Source: a virus. From it: a stretch of 64,000 bases of DNA. The DNA is taken from IMG/VR virus record IMGVR_UViG_3300045953_000166; one strand, given 5' to 3'. Every line of letters starts with the position of its first letter. Position 1 is the first letter of the stretch. This document shows, piece after piece, positions 40,549 through 49,825 of the stretch. Position numbers and translations under genes: made by a program. The notes beneath the pieces were generated by a model that did no database searches, had not been told where the DNA came from, and saw only the letters and a program-made list of their open reading frames with translations.

Positions 40549-41988
40549 TCACGTCTGGACCGGCTGCGCGAGCACGAAGCTGAAGGTCGTCGCGATGTTG
40601 TCCACGTAGGCGAGCGAAGTGATCGCCACTTGCGACAGCAGGAGACCCGTGGAGAGCATGTTGTTCGTGAGGTCGACCGTGTAGCTCACGGCAGTCACGT
40701 GACCCTGCTTTCCGCCGGCGTTCTTCGGCTGGCGCAGCAAAGCCCGTAGGCCTTCGTTCACATCGGTCTCGAGATCGGCGGCGTCGCCTGGGTCGATGCG
40801 TCCCGTGCCATCGACGAGCGTGAAGAGCCCTTCGCCGATGAACTCCGTCTGCTTGCCGTAGACGAAGTTGCAGGCCGTATCCATCACGCGACGGTGTGGC
40901 CAGTAGCGGAAGTCGCTGCCCGACTGCGACTTCAGGTGTCCCTGGGTCGCGAAGAAGCCGACCTTGTTCGGCCAGGTCCGGAGCGTCGAAACCTTGATGT
41001 CGTTGAGACCGGCGTCTTGCAGGTAGCCGTCGTGCGTGATCGACTTCGCGCCAGGGATGGGCCCGCCGCGCACGCGCTTGAGATCCGTCGAGATGAGGCT
41101 CCGCGCCGCGAGGTAAGCGAACGCGCTGTTCACGCGACGTTGCGGCATCGACCAACCGGGGAAGGGCTTCGCGCTCGGGCCGACCCACCCGCCGTAGGAG
41201 CCGAGCACGCGAACGCCGACCTGCGAGGTGAAGCTCGTGAGGACGTTGGCCGTCGTGTCGTCACCCACGTCGCACATGCCAGCCTTGTGGCGGAAGTTCG
41301 TGGACGCGAGCGCGGCGAGCTGAGTCTGAAGGCCGGCGAATTGCGTCGCAGCGGCAGACGCCGTTGCGTGCTTGCCGGCCGCGTCGACGTAGTCCCAATC
41401 GAGACCCGGCGCGGCGGCAAGGGCGGCGAACGCGGTACCGAGGTTGGTCGCGTTCCACATCGGCGCTGTGCTCGTCCAGGAATGCGTGGTGCCGACGACG
41501 TGCGTGCCCGACACGAACGTCGCGGTGATTCCGGTGTTCGGGATGACGAACGAGCCGCCCGACGGAATGATGATGGTTTCGGACCAGGTTTCCTGGTTGT
41601 CGAGCGTGTAGCGGAACTTCCCGACGCCGAGTGCGCCGCCTCCCACGATTTCGATCCGAGCCTGGTAGTCGTCGTTGGGCGTGCCCGAGACGGTGACATC
41701 GGGACCCGAAGGACCGGCCTCGGTCACCGTCGAGTTCGAGCCAGCGACCGAGCAGGTCGTCTTCATGAACCGCACGGGTCCGCCGACGTTCGCCAGCACA
41801 AAGGCCGCGTCCTCGACGGCCGGCCCCTGTCCCTCGGTCGCCACGAGATCGGGAACCCGGCTGTAGGTCTTCAGGACGTTCTCGGAGCCGCCGGAGCTGT
41901 AGCCGAGGAACAACGGGATCGACGTCGCGGGTACGACGACATTCGTCCCGAATTCGTTGATCGTGAAGGCTTGTGCCGGAATGGGCAT
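40549..41988 (-). CDS. Contractile tail sheath protein
   Basis: 479 aa, position between the head-tail genes and the tube. Composition and length fit Mu-type (DUF2586-like) sheaths. Confidence 0.6.
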   Translation of the reverse strand: MPIPAQAFTINEFGTNVVVPATSIPLFLGYSSGGSENVLKTYSRVPDLVATEGQGPAVEDAAFVLANVGGPVRFMKTTCSVAGSNSTVTEAGPSGPDVTVSGTPNDDYQARIEIVGGGALGVGKFRYTLDNQETWSETIIIPSGGSFVIPNTGITATFVSGTHVVGTTHSWTSTAPMWNATNLGTAFAALAAAPGLDWDYVDAAGKHATASAAATQFAGLQTQLAALASTNFRHKAGMCDVGDDTTANVLTSFTSQVGVRVLGSYGGWVGPSAKPFPGWSMPQRRVNSAFAYLAARSLISTDLKRVRGGPIPGAKSITHDGYLQDAGLNDIKVSTLRTWPNKVGFFATQGHLKSQSGSDFRYWPHRRVMDTACNFVYGKQTEFIGEGLFTLVDGTGRIDPGDAADLETDVNEGLRALLRQPKNAGGKQGHVTAVSYTVDLTNNMLSTGLLLSQVAITSLAYVDNIATTFSFVLAQPVQT

Positions 41989-41991
41989 CGA

Positions 41992-42438
41992 TCAGACTCC
42001 AGTGGTTTCGGCGCGCGCCTTCGCGCACGCCTTCGCGATGTGCTCGGGAACGCTCGTATCCGGGCAGCCGGGCGCGAGCGCTCGCTCGTGTGCGGGGACT
42101 GCCGGGTACTCGCCAGCGGCTGCGAGCGCGGCGTCGAAGTCGGCTTCGGACAGGCGGAAAGCTTTCGCAGGGTCCTGCTCGTCCTGGGCGTGCTTCGTCC
42201 AGCCGTGAAGCGTTGCGGCCTCGTAGTAGAAGCCTTTCGCGTGCGGCTCCACCCAAGGCTGCTTTTCGCTCGGCTCGAAGAGCAAGCCCTTACGGTGGGC
42301 CCACTCTCGAGGTGTGAGAAGATCGGCGCTTGCCGATGCGGCCGGTTGCACCGGAAGGATTTCGGCCCTGGTGGGCGCTGGCAGCGGCGGCAGTGCGCCC
42401 GCCTCCGCGTCGCTTTCAGAACTTCGATTGCGAGGCAT
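41992..42438 (-). CDS. Hypothetical protein
   Basis: Start MPRNRSS with GGGAGAA RBS. The upstream part of the track ORF is shadow. Confidence 0.45.
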   Translation of the reverse strand: MPRNRSSESDAEAGALPPLPAPTRAEILPVQPAASASADLLTPREWAHRKGLLFEPSEKQPWVEPHAKGFYYEAATLHGWTKHAQDEQDPAKAFRLSEADFDAALAAAGEYPAVPAHERALAPGCPDTSVPEHIAKACAKARAETTGV

Positions 42439-42449
42439 GATTCTCCCTG

Positions 42450-43016
42450 TCACGTGAACGTGTTGTCGAGCTTGCAGGTCTCCTGCTGCCCGGTGAGCCG
42501 CACGAGCTTGCGGGTCTCGTAGATGACCGGCAGATTGAATCCGATCGTCAACATCACCGCTTGACCGGTGACGCCGTACGACGCTCGTTCTTCTTCCTGA
42601 GTGATCCAGCGCTCGAGCTCGTAGACGACGTCGTGCGCGAACATTCGGAACGTCGCGCTGATAACCGCTTCGAGGAGCTCCTCGACTTCGTCGATCGCTG
42701 ACGGCTCTTCCTTCTTGTCGCCTGCGATGCAGATCACCATCACGCGCGGCTGCCGTCGCACACACTCGAATTGACGCGTATCGACGTTCGGTTGCGTGAG
42801 GCTCGCTTCCGGCCCGGGCTCGATGGGACCCGCCGAGCCCGCGACCTTCTTCCCTCCCGGTTGCCCAGCCTCCGCGATCGGCCCACCCACGGGGATGAAG
42901 CAGACGCGGCGGCCGCTCTGATGGTTCTGGGCTGCGAGGCGCCCGAAGACGAACTTCACCGAAGGATCAGCGAGGGCATCGAAAATCTTCTGACAGTTCG
43001 CGCGGAGCTTCGCCAC
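42450..43016 (-). CDS. Tail terminator/neck-region protein candidate
   Basis: 188 aa, between the head-tail adaptor and the sheath. Confidence 0.4.
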   Translation of the reverse strand: MAKLRANCQKIFDALADPSVKFVFGRLAAQNHQSGRRVCFIPVGGPIAEAGQPGGKKVAGSAGPIEPGPEASLTQPNVDTRQFECVRRQPRVMVICIAGDKKEEPSAIDEVEELLEAVISATFRMFAHDVVYELERWITQEEERASYGVTGQAVMLTIGFNLPVIYETRKLVRLTGQQETCKLDNTFT

Positions 43017-43020
43017 CTCT

Positions 43021-43758
43021 TCACCACTCGATCGGAGGGTCGCTCGCTACTGCGAAGGCGCGCTCTTCGACTTCGGGTGTCGCGTCCACGATGCCCGGCG
43101 GCACGATGGTCCCCTTCGAGACGCCGATGAGCCACTTGAGCGCGTTCTTGTGGCCCGCGTCGATGATGTCGTCAGGGCCGAGCGGTTGTCGCCCTCGAGC
43201 GCTCAGCAAGTGATAGACGGCGAGCCTCGCGCCGTGAAGCCGTACATCGGGGCCCCACTTCGCGAGCGGAAGCGTGAAACCGCCCCCGAGGTACCCGTCC
43301 ATCTCCGTCGAAGCGACGATGCAAAACTCGGCGAGGGCGTTGTCGTCCAGGTCATCGAGCGCGCCTGCCTGAATGCCGAGCCCGCGCACGTGCCGCGGTT
43401 CGGCGTAGAGGACATGGGCCGTTCCGACGACCTGGAACGTGAACGAGGGCGAGCCAGAGCCCTCAATCGTCCACGAGACCCGCACGTAGCGGTCGAGGTC
43501 GCCGAAGTGCTTTTGGACCTTGAGCTGCCCCGTCGATGTCACGGGCGGGAAGCTCCCGACGACGCGAAAGCCCGCCCCGCTCTGCTCGCTCGTCTCGAGC
43601 GTGACCGTCAGAAGCGCATCGGCGCCGACGGGCGTCACCGAAACGAGAAGCTCGAGCTCGGCGCCTGTGCGCAGCACGCCGATGTCGATGGCCGAACCGA
43701 ACCCACTCGCATCCCGAGCCAGACTCGGGGCCGGCTCGATGTCGAGCGGGTTTGCCAC
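43021..43758 (-). CDS. Head-tail adaptor (Mu gp36/DUF1320-like C-terminal half)
   Basis: ALAEFCIVASTEMDGYLGGGFTLPL...ARLAVYHLLSARG matches the gp36-type pattern. Has an extra N-terminal beta domain. Confidence 0.5.
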   Translation of the reverse strand: MANPLDIEPAPSLARDASGFGSAIDIGVLRTGAELELLVSVTPVGADALLTVTLETSEQSGAGFRVVGSFPPVTSTGQLKVQKHFGDLDRYVRVSWTIEGSGSPSFTFQVVGTAHVLYAEPRHVRGLGIQAGALDDLDDNALAEFCIVASTEMDGYLGGGFTLPLAKWGPDVRLHGARLAVYHLLSARGRQPLGPDDIIDAGHKNALKWLIGVSKGTIVPPGIVDATPEVEERAFAVASDPPIEW

Positions 43759-43761
43759 GGC

Positions 43762-44310
43762 TTACGCCGCCTTGGCGCGCGGAACGAACTTCACTTCGAC
43801 GTGCGCGAGACGAACGGGGTCATTCGCGTGCGTGCCGGGAACGAGCTGGATGTTCAGGAAGGAGGCGGCGTCCGGGATGTCGGCGGCAGAGATCACAGCC
43901 GTGATCTTATGGAAGGTCTCCGACGGCACCGAGTCGGTCGCGGTGTCGGTGACCTGCGCGCCGCCGTCCCAGCTCGTGAGAACTGAGAATGTCGCGGCCT
44001 CGATACCGCCGCCGCCGGCGTTGTCGGTGCGCACCCAGAGTTCGACGAGCACGTCGTCCCTGCCATCGAAGTCATCGGGTAGGGTCTTCGTTGCTTGGAT
44101 GATCGTCTGATTCGTCGCGATCCACGTGAGCGACATGATCTCGCTCGTGGCTTCGGCTCCGAGAACAGGCGCCGTGTTCGACGAGAATAGGCCGCCATTC
44201 GCGGTGGTGTCCCCTACCGCTCCCGCGGAAGAGACGATACGGAAGTCGTTCAGCGAGAACCCGACCGGCTTGCGGAATTCGTAGTAGTGGCCCTTGGTAG
44301 CTTGCGGCAT
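43762..44310 (-). CDS. Hypothetical head-associated structural protein
   Basis: Start MPQATKGHYYEF with GGAG RBS. The upstream part of the track ORF is Arg-rich. Confidence 0.5.
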   Translation of the reverse strand: MPQATKGHYYEFRKPVGFSLNDFRIVSSAGAVGDTTANGGLFSSNTAPVLGAEATSEIMSLTWIATNQTIIQATKTLPDDFDGRDDVLVELWVRTDNAGGGGIEAATFSVLTSWDGGAQVTDTATDSVPSETFHKITAVISAADIPDAASFLNIQLVPGTHANDPVRLAHVEVKFVPRAKAA

Positions 44311-44330
44311 GGTGCTCCGTTGGCTCGCGC

Positions 44331-44867
44331 TCAGCCGAGCGCGGCAATGATCTTCTTCGCCTGGTTCGACTTGAACCCAGCGCGCTCGAGCTCGGCCTGA
44401 TCGGCTCCGTCGAGATCTTCTTCGGTCGTGTAACCGACCTTTGCGAGGTCGGCTTTCAGCGGGAAGTCGGCGGCGAGCGGTGTGCCCGGTTCCGCTTCCT
44501 GCTTTGCCTGCCAAACGTTCGCGTCGTCGGGAACGCTCTGGAGGCGCTTGTGCAGGTAGAAGCGTCGAACGTTTCGGATCTCCGCCATGCCGACCTCCGC
44601 TGCGAGTGCACCGAGCGCCGCGCCGAGCTCGCCCTCGAGCCCCTCCACCTGCTCTTGGAGCTCGGCGACGCGCTTGTCGTCGGTCGAATCGACCGTTGGC
44701 GCGCCGCCGCCCGCCGCCTTGAGCTCGGCCGCGTGCTTCTTGCGAAGCTCGTAGAGGGCCGTTTCGTGCTCTTGGTAGGGGATGAAGTCGGGCAGGCGGG
44801 GAGGCGGCTCCGGCAAGCCGGCCGCCTCCCGTGCGCGGTGCTCGTGCATGCGGCGAGCGGTGATCAT
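44331..44867 (-). CDS. Hypothetical protein after the capsid gene
   Basis: 178 aa, coiled coil. C-terminus DGADQAELERAGFKSNQAKKIIAALG is HhH-like. Confidence 0.5.
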   Translation of the reverse strand: MITARRMHEHRAREAAGLPEPPPRLPDFIPYQEHETALYELRKKHAAELKAAGGGAPTVDSTDDKRVAELQEQVEGLEGELGAALGALAAEVGMAEIRNVRRFYLHKRLQSVPDDANVWQAKQEAEPGTPLAADFPLKADLAKVGYTTEEDLDGADQAELERAGFKSNQAKKIIAALG

Positions 44868-46102
44868 CAGAACGTCAGCGCCCCGATGTAGTTTTTGACG
44901 TTGTGCTTAATGGCGACGCAACCCGGTCGGCTTCCACCACGACGGCGGCGATAGAGCTTGGTCGCGTGGTAGAGGTGCATCGCGACGATGTCGGCATCCG
45001 CGAGGATGTCGACGTCGCTCTGCGCCCCGAGCCGCTGCTGGTTGTACCAGAACGCGAGCGCGTCTTGCTGCAGGATGAGGTCGGTGACCTTGAGGTTCGC
45101 TTGCGCCTTCCAGGTGTTGTCGGCGTTGAAGGTGCCAGATGCGAACGCCACGCTAAGGCCGGTCTTGCCGTTCATGCCGACCAGCGAATCGGCAGCAGTG
45201 TCGGTGAGCGCGACCGGCACGCCGTCGTCGAGCGCGACGAGCGTGTTGGAGAACGTGTTTCCGCCGTCCGTGGAGAACTTGAAGTTGTTGGTCGTGCCGT
45301 CGCCTGTGATGCAGTCGATCAAGAGCTTCCACGGACCGTTCGGGGTGCCGGTGATCGTCAGAACCGGTGGGGAGGTGCCGGCCGAGGTGACGGCGCCCAT
45401 CGTGCTGCCGGTGAGCGGAACGAGGTCGGAGACGAGGACCGGAACGCCGCAGAACCGGGTCACCTGACCTTGGCCTTCGGTCAAGTTCATGAGCAAGAGC
45501 GGGCGCCCCTGCGAGTCCTTGAGTTTCGCCATGTCGGCGAGGGTCGTCGAGTGAACGACCATCGCAACGATGTTGTCTTGCTCGTCGCCCCACATCGTTT
45601 TCGCGTCCACCGCGAGATCCCAGTCGAGATAGACGGGGCTCGTCGCGCTGTAGACGTCGCTCACGAGCGGCGTCGTGGCAGCCTCTACCACGCACAGCTT
45701 GTCCATCGCGCGCGTAGCCTGAACCATCACTTGGTTGGCGGCTTCCTGGTGGGGATCGCCGACAGCCGGATCGATTTGACCGACACCCTGAGCCCAGCGG
45801 CTTGTTTCGGCCGCGAGTGACTGCCGTGCGACGGTGGCCTGCTCGAGCACCTGCTGAAGTTTGCTCGGGGTGACTGCCGATCCGTCTGCGTTATTGACGA
45901 ATTCGGCGATCGTTCCGAAGTAGGGAATGTCGATCTTCTTGGCGATCGCGCCAGGACCAGCCGCCATCGTGCCGCTCACGCGGACGGCGCCCTGCGACGC
46001 TAGAATCGATCCCATGAAGGCGTTCTTTCCCTTGAAGACGCCGCGAACGGCATCGACGAGCACTTGAACGTCGATGAGGTCGGTGTTGACGGTAATTGCC
46101 AT
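44867..46102 (-). CDS. Major capsid protein (HK97 fold)
   Basis: 411 aa, directly after the protease/scaffold gene. Composition typical of capsid proteins. Strong upstream intergenic region. Confidence 0.75.
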   Translation of the reverse strand: MAITVNTDLIDVQVLVDAVRGVFKGKNAFMGSILASQGAVRVSGTMAAGPGAIAKKIDIPYFGTIAEFVNNADGSAVTPSKLQQVLEQATVARQSLAAETSRWAQGVGQIDPAVGDPHQEAANQVMVQATRAMDKLCVVEAATTPLVSDVYSATSPVYLDWDLAVDAKTMWGDEQDNIVAMVVHSTTLADMAKLKDSQGRPLLLMNLTEGQGQVTRFCGVPVLVSDLVPLTGSTMGAVTSAGTSPPVLTITGTPNGPWKLLIDCITGDGTTNNFKFSTDGGNTFSNTLVALDDGVPVALTDTAADSLVGMNGKTGLSVAFASGTFNADNTWKAQANLKVTDLILQQDALAFWYNQQRLGAQSDVDILADADIVAMHLYHATKLYRRRRGGSRPGCVAIKHNVKNYIGALTF

Positions 46103-46213
46103 GGCTGTTTTTCCTTGGGTCTTTCGGGTGGGCTACGCCGTTCGCGACTCGGCGCAGGCGCCGCGCGTGACGGAACGAGTTGGTTTATTTTTCGTTCGGT
46201 AGGGTTCGGAGGA

Positions 46214-47638
46214 TCAGAGGGCGCCGCGCGCCTGAGCGTCTTCGCGGAGCGTGTTGTAGAGCTCGACGTTCTCGCCCTTGAGCTTGAGCCGCGCCGCCGG
46301 CGTCATGTCCTCGAACGCTTTGCCGTTGTGCGTGGCGACGCCGCTCGGAGACGAGCCATCGGGGGTGGGTTGCTGGACGACCACCGCGGTCGCGCCTTGG
46401 CGGTGCGAGACGGCGAGGAAGCCTCGGAGGTCGTTCACGACCTCGTTGCCGTCGCTTGCAGGGATGCCGTTCTCGTCGGCCTTTACGGCCTTGTCGAATT
46501 TCTCGGTGTAGAACTTCGCCTGCGCGGGCGAGAGCTTCTTGTCCTTGCAACCCTGCTCGCGAAGCGCCTCGAAGTCGCGGCGGGAGTTCACGACCTTCAG
46601 CTTCTCGACCTCGTCGTGGAGCCCGGCGTTCGCCTCGCTCGACTCCTTCAGCGCACGCACGGCGCCGACGGCGGCGTCACCGCTCGTACCGAGCAGCGCC
46701 TCGATGGCGACACCCGCGCGCGCGCTGGCCTGAAGCTTCTTGATGGCTGCTTCGACGGCGGCTTCGTCCGCGTCTTCGGCGAGGGAGAGGGCCTTGAGGA
46801 TGTTCTTGGGGAATTGCATGTCAGTCTCCTCGACTTCGGGCGTCGGCCCGAGGGCAAGTTGGAGTTGCGGGGTCGCTGGTTCGGGCGCCGGGGGCGCCGG
46901 CGACGGTTCGGGGTTCGTGGGCGTTTCGATGGCGGGGTCGCCCTCGAGCGCCGGAGATTCGGGAGCTGGCAGCGCGGCTCGCAGAGCTTCGGGGACTTTC
47001 TCGTAGTCGCCTGCCGCAATCGACCGAGCTACCGAGCGGCGAACCGAGTCGAGCGCTCGCTTTTCGTTCGCGGATGCCGCTGCTTTCGCCTTCGCGGGGA
47101 TGACTTCATCGACGAAGCCGAAGGCCTTCGCCTCGGCCGCCGTCATCCACGTCTCGGCGTCCATGAGCTGGACGACCTTCTTCCGGTCGAGCCCGGAGCG
47201 CTTCGAGTAGATGTCGGCAAATGTGCCGCTCACCTTCCGAAGTACGTCGGCCCAGTCCTCGAGCTCCTCGGGACCGCCCATCGCCATGCCCCACGCGTTG
47301 TGGACCATGAACCAGGCGCCCTCGGTGATACGGATCGTGTCACCGGCCATCGCGACGAGTGTCGCGGCCGAGGCGGCGAGCCCCATGATGTCGACCTCGA
47401 CCCGCGCGCCGTGCGCTTGGAGTTCGGCGTAGATCGCCTGTGCCTCGAAGACGTCCCCACCGTCCGAATGGACGCGAATCTTGATGAGCTTCGCCTTCGA
47501 ATTCTCCTTGAGCTTGCGTCGAACCTGGCTCGCTGAGATCGAGTCGTACCACCAAGACGACTGCGCGATCACCGAGTAGATGTCGAGCTCGAGCGTCTCC
47601 GTGCCGTCGCCGGCGAGAGCGAACGCAAAGTTTCCCAT
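46214..47638 (-). CDS. ClpP-type (S14) prohead protease fused to a scaffold domain
   Basis: IRVHSDGGDVFEAQAIYAEL, IMGLAASAATLVAMAGD (Ser), WFMVHNAW (His). The C-terminal 250 aa are helical and Ala/Glu/Lys-rich. Confidence 0.85.
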   Translation of the reverse strand: MGNFAFALAGDGTETLELDIYSVIAQSSWWYDSISASQVRRKLKENSKAKLIKIRVHSDGGDVFEAQAIYAELQAHGARVEVDIMGLAASAATLVAMAGDTIRITEGAWFMVHNAWGMAMGGPEELEDWADVLRKVSGTFADIYSKRSGLDRKKVVQLMDAETWMTAAEAKAFGFVDEVIPAKAKAAASANEKRALDSVRRSVARSIAAGDYEKVPEALRAALPAPESPALEGDPAIETPTNPEPSPAPPAPEPATPQLQLALGPTPEVEETDMQFPKNILKALSLAEDADEAAVEAAIKKLQASARAGVAIEALLGTSGDAAVGAVRALKESSEANAGLHDEVEKLKVVNSRRDFEALREQGCKDKKLSPAQAKFYTEKFDKAVKADENGIPASDGNEVVNDLRGFLAVSHRQGATAVVVQQPTPDGSSPSGVATHNGKAFEDMTPAARLKLKGENVELYNTLREDAQARGAL

Positions 47639-47648
47639 GGCTTTGGTC

Positions 47649-47879
47649 TCAGTACTTGAGTCCGCGGATGCCGGTCGCAGTCGCGCCGGCCTTCACGCGC
47701 TTCGTCGCGAAGGGCCAGATCGTGTTTGCCCCAGCGGCAGCGATCGCGATTTCCGAGCCGTCCTGCAGAACGAGCGTCAGGTTCCCGGTGCCAGCGACGA
47801 AAATGGCATCAGCGACCGTGCCGGGCCAGATGTCGACGGTGTCGCTGGGGGTGACGGCGGTTGAAACGCTGTAGCGCAT
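47649..47879 (-). CDS. Small hypothetical head-module protein
   Basis: 76 aa, beta-rich. Confidence 0.45.
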   Translation of the reverse strand: MRYSVSTAVTPSDTVDIWPGTVADAIFVAGTGNLTLVLQDGSEIAIAAAGANTIWPFATKRVKAGATATGIRGLKY

Positions 47880-47924
47880 GCTTCGGTGTCTCTCGCGCGC
47901 GCCGGCGCGAGCCGAAGCGCTGGT

Positions 47925-48224
47925 TCAGTAGATGGCGTCGCTCGGAACGTTTTTCGCGACGGCGTAGGGCGACGGCGGGAGGTTCGGGATTCTTTCGGGC
48001 GCCTCGACGAGCCGCACGCCCTCGAGCCTCGCCATCCGCTCGAGGTAGGCGTTCAGCATCGCCGCGTCGCTCGTATCCACGTCGAGCGCGGGTGCGGGCT
48101 CAGGCCAGATCGTGACGTGCGCGCCGGTCTCGAAGTCGTCTCGAAGGATCTGGGCAAAGAGGGTCGCCCCCTCGACCTTGCCGCCGAGCTCGACCGTCGT
48201 GCCGTCCGCAAAACGCCAGGTCAT
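47925..48224 (-). CDS. Hypothetical protein
   Basis: 99 aa with normal composition. Confidence 0.45.
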   Translation of the reverse strand: MTWRFADGTTVELGGKVEGATLFAQILRDDFETGAHVTIWPEPAPALDVDTSDAAMLNAYLERMARLEGVRLVEAPERIPNLPPSPYAVAKNVPSDAIY

Positions 48225-48266
48225 GACGACCTCACCATGACCACTCCCGGCCCAACCGGCAAGGGG

Positions 48267-49820
48267 TCACCGGCCGGCGAGCTGCCCGAGCAGGAAAAGC
48301 ACCATGTCTGGGTCTTTGCGCAGGAGCTTTTTCAGCTCCACGGTGTCGTGTAGGGCGTGCAATTTGCCGGCGAGGTACTCGTAGCCCATGGAGGTTATTT
48401 CCGTGGCCCTTTCCCCGTAGTCCTTGCCCATGTAGGCCTCGAGAAAGTCATCCTCTCTCGCGTACTCCCATGGTTCGTAGCCAAAGCCGAGGTGCTTTGG
48501 CTTCTCGCCCGCCGTGCGGGCTTTCAGGAATGCGCTTGACCGGGCGAGGGCCCGCGCGTCGTGGTGCTCGATGGCATGGGCCCACTCGTGGACGTAGACG
48601 GTGGGTGAGCGCCCGTTGAACGAGATCCGATTTTCAGACGGCGAGAAGTACGCTCGCTCGTGGTCGAGCCGCGCCACAACCCCCTTGGGTTGGGTGACTC
48701 GCTTGTCTGCTGTGAGACCGTAGAACCTACGTGCGCGTTCGACGCTGTCGTGGTTCGGGTTGCCGCCGGTGAAGGGGAAGTTCGCTTTCCCGAGCGGCTG
48801 AATGGTCCGCGTGTGCTCGGACAGCGCAGCGAAGAACGTCTGCTCTTCGGTGAGGACGAGTTTTCGGAGGGGCCGATTCCCTTGGCTGTTGAAGAGGTCG
48901 ACGAACTCTTGAAGCGTCTTCGTTGCAACGCCTGGGTGCCCTTCGCTGTGCAGACGGTTCAATTCACCGAGTACATCGCCCGCGGAGCGGTCGAGCGCGC
49001 GCTCTTGCATCGCTCGCCCCCAACCGAGCGCCGGCGCTGCTTCCCCGTACTTCGCTTGGTATTGGTCCTCCCAATACCTCGAGTCGTGTTTCTGCGGCGG
49101 CTTCTTCCGCCGGGGCCCGCTCTTCGGTTGCTTCCGCGACTTCCGCTCGAGCTCGTCCACGAGCACGGGGTCGTTCTTCGCGCGGCTCGGCTTCCAGACG
49201 GGCTGCGCGTCAGGCGGTAGCCCGAAGCCCTCGTCAGCGTCGATGAGCGGCGGGACGTTGGTGATCCCGCGGTTCTCGGCGTCGGTCTTCCGGAGGCTGC
49301 GAATGCCCGACCGGCAGCGGTGATGCAGCGGTGGGCAGTGCGTCTTCCAGAAGTCGTGGTCGGCCGGTAGGATCGTCGCGTCGAGCGGCCGGCAGATTTG
49401 CGTCGTGCGTGAATCGAGCACGGCGTCGAACATGAAGTACGGCCGTGCCTCGACGACGTCCGGGTCGTTCATCTGCCGCCACCGGCCGGCGCTGTAGCTG
49501 CGCTGTGTTGCGTTGCGGAAGACGGTTTCGGCGTGCGCGTCGTTCCGAAGCGTGCCCCTCACGCGCTTGCGCCACTCCTCGAACGGCTCCCCCGACTCGA
49601 TTGCCTTCGTGATTTCGTCGAAGACGCTCTGGACCTGCGCGAGCTGCAAGCCCCCGCCGATCCAAAACGCCCGCGTGCGAGCGTCGGTGTCGAGCCTGAG
49701 CGCCTCAGCCTTCGTCAGGACCGTGCGGGTTCGGAAGAAGTCGAGCGCCTCGTCGAACCGACCGACTTCGGCCGTTACGGTCCACCGTGCCGACGCTTTC
49801 CGCTCGGCGCTCGAGAGCAT
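48267..49820 (-). CDS. MuF/SPP1 gp7-family head morphogenesis protein fused to a C-terminal HExxH domain
   Basis: Start MLSSAERK (ATG 49820). DAVLDSRTTQICRPLD...HCPPLHHRCRS is the MuF core. The C-terminal 300 aa carry YVHEWAHAIEHHD (48576-48590) and a downstream ERATEITSMGYEY. Confidence 0.75.
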   Translation of the reverse strand: MLSSAERKASARWTVTAEVGRFDEALDFFRTRTVLTKAEALRLDTDARTRAFWIGGGLQLAQVQSVFDEITKAIESGEPFEEWRKRVRGTLRNDAHAETVFRNATQRSYSAGRWRQMNDPDVVEARPYFMFDAVLDSRTTQICRPLDATILPADHDFWKTHCPPLHHRCRSGIRSLRKTDAENRGITNVPPLIDADEGFGLPPDAQPVWKPSRAKNDPVLVDELERKSRKQPKSGPRRKKPPQKHDSRYWEDQYQAKYGEAAPALGWGRAMQERALDRSAGDVLGELNRLHSEGHPGVATKTLQEFVDLFNSQGNRPLRKLVLTEEQTFFAALSEHTRTIQPLGKANFPFTGGNPNHDSVERARRFYGLTADKRVTQPKGVVARLDHERAYFSPSENRISFNGRSPTVYVHEWAHAIEHHDARALARSSAFLKARTAGEKPKHLGFGYEPWEYAREDDFLEAYMGKDYGERATEITSMGYEYLAGKLHALHDTVELKKLLRKDPDMVLFLLGQLAGR

Positions 49821-49825
49821 CGTGC

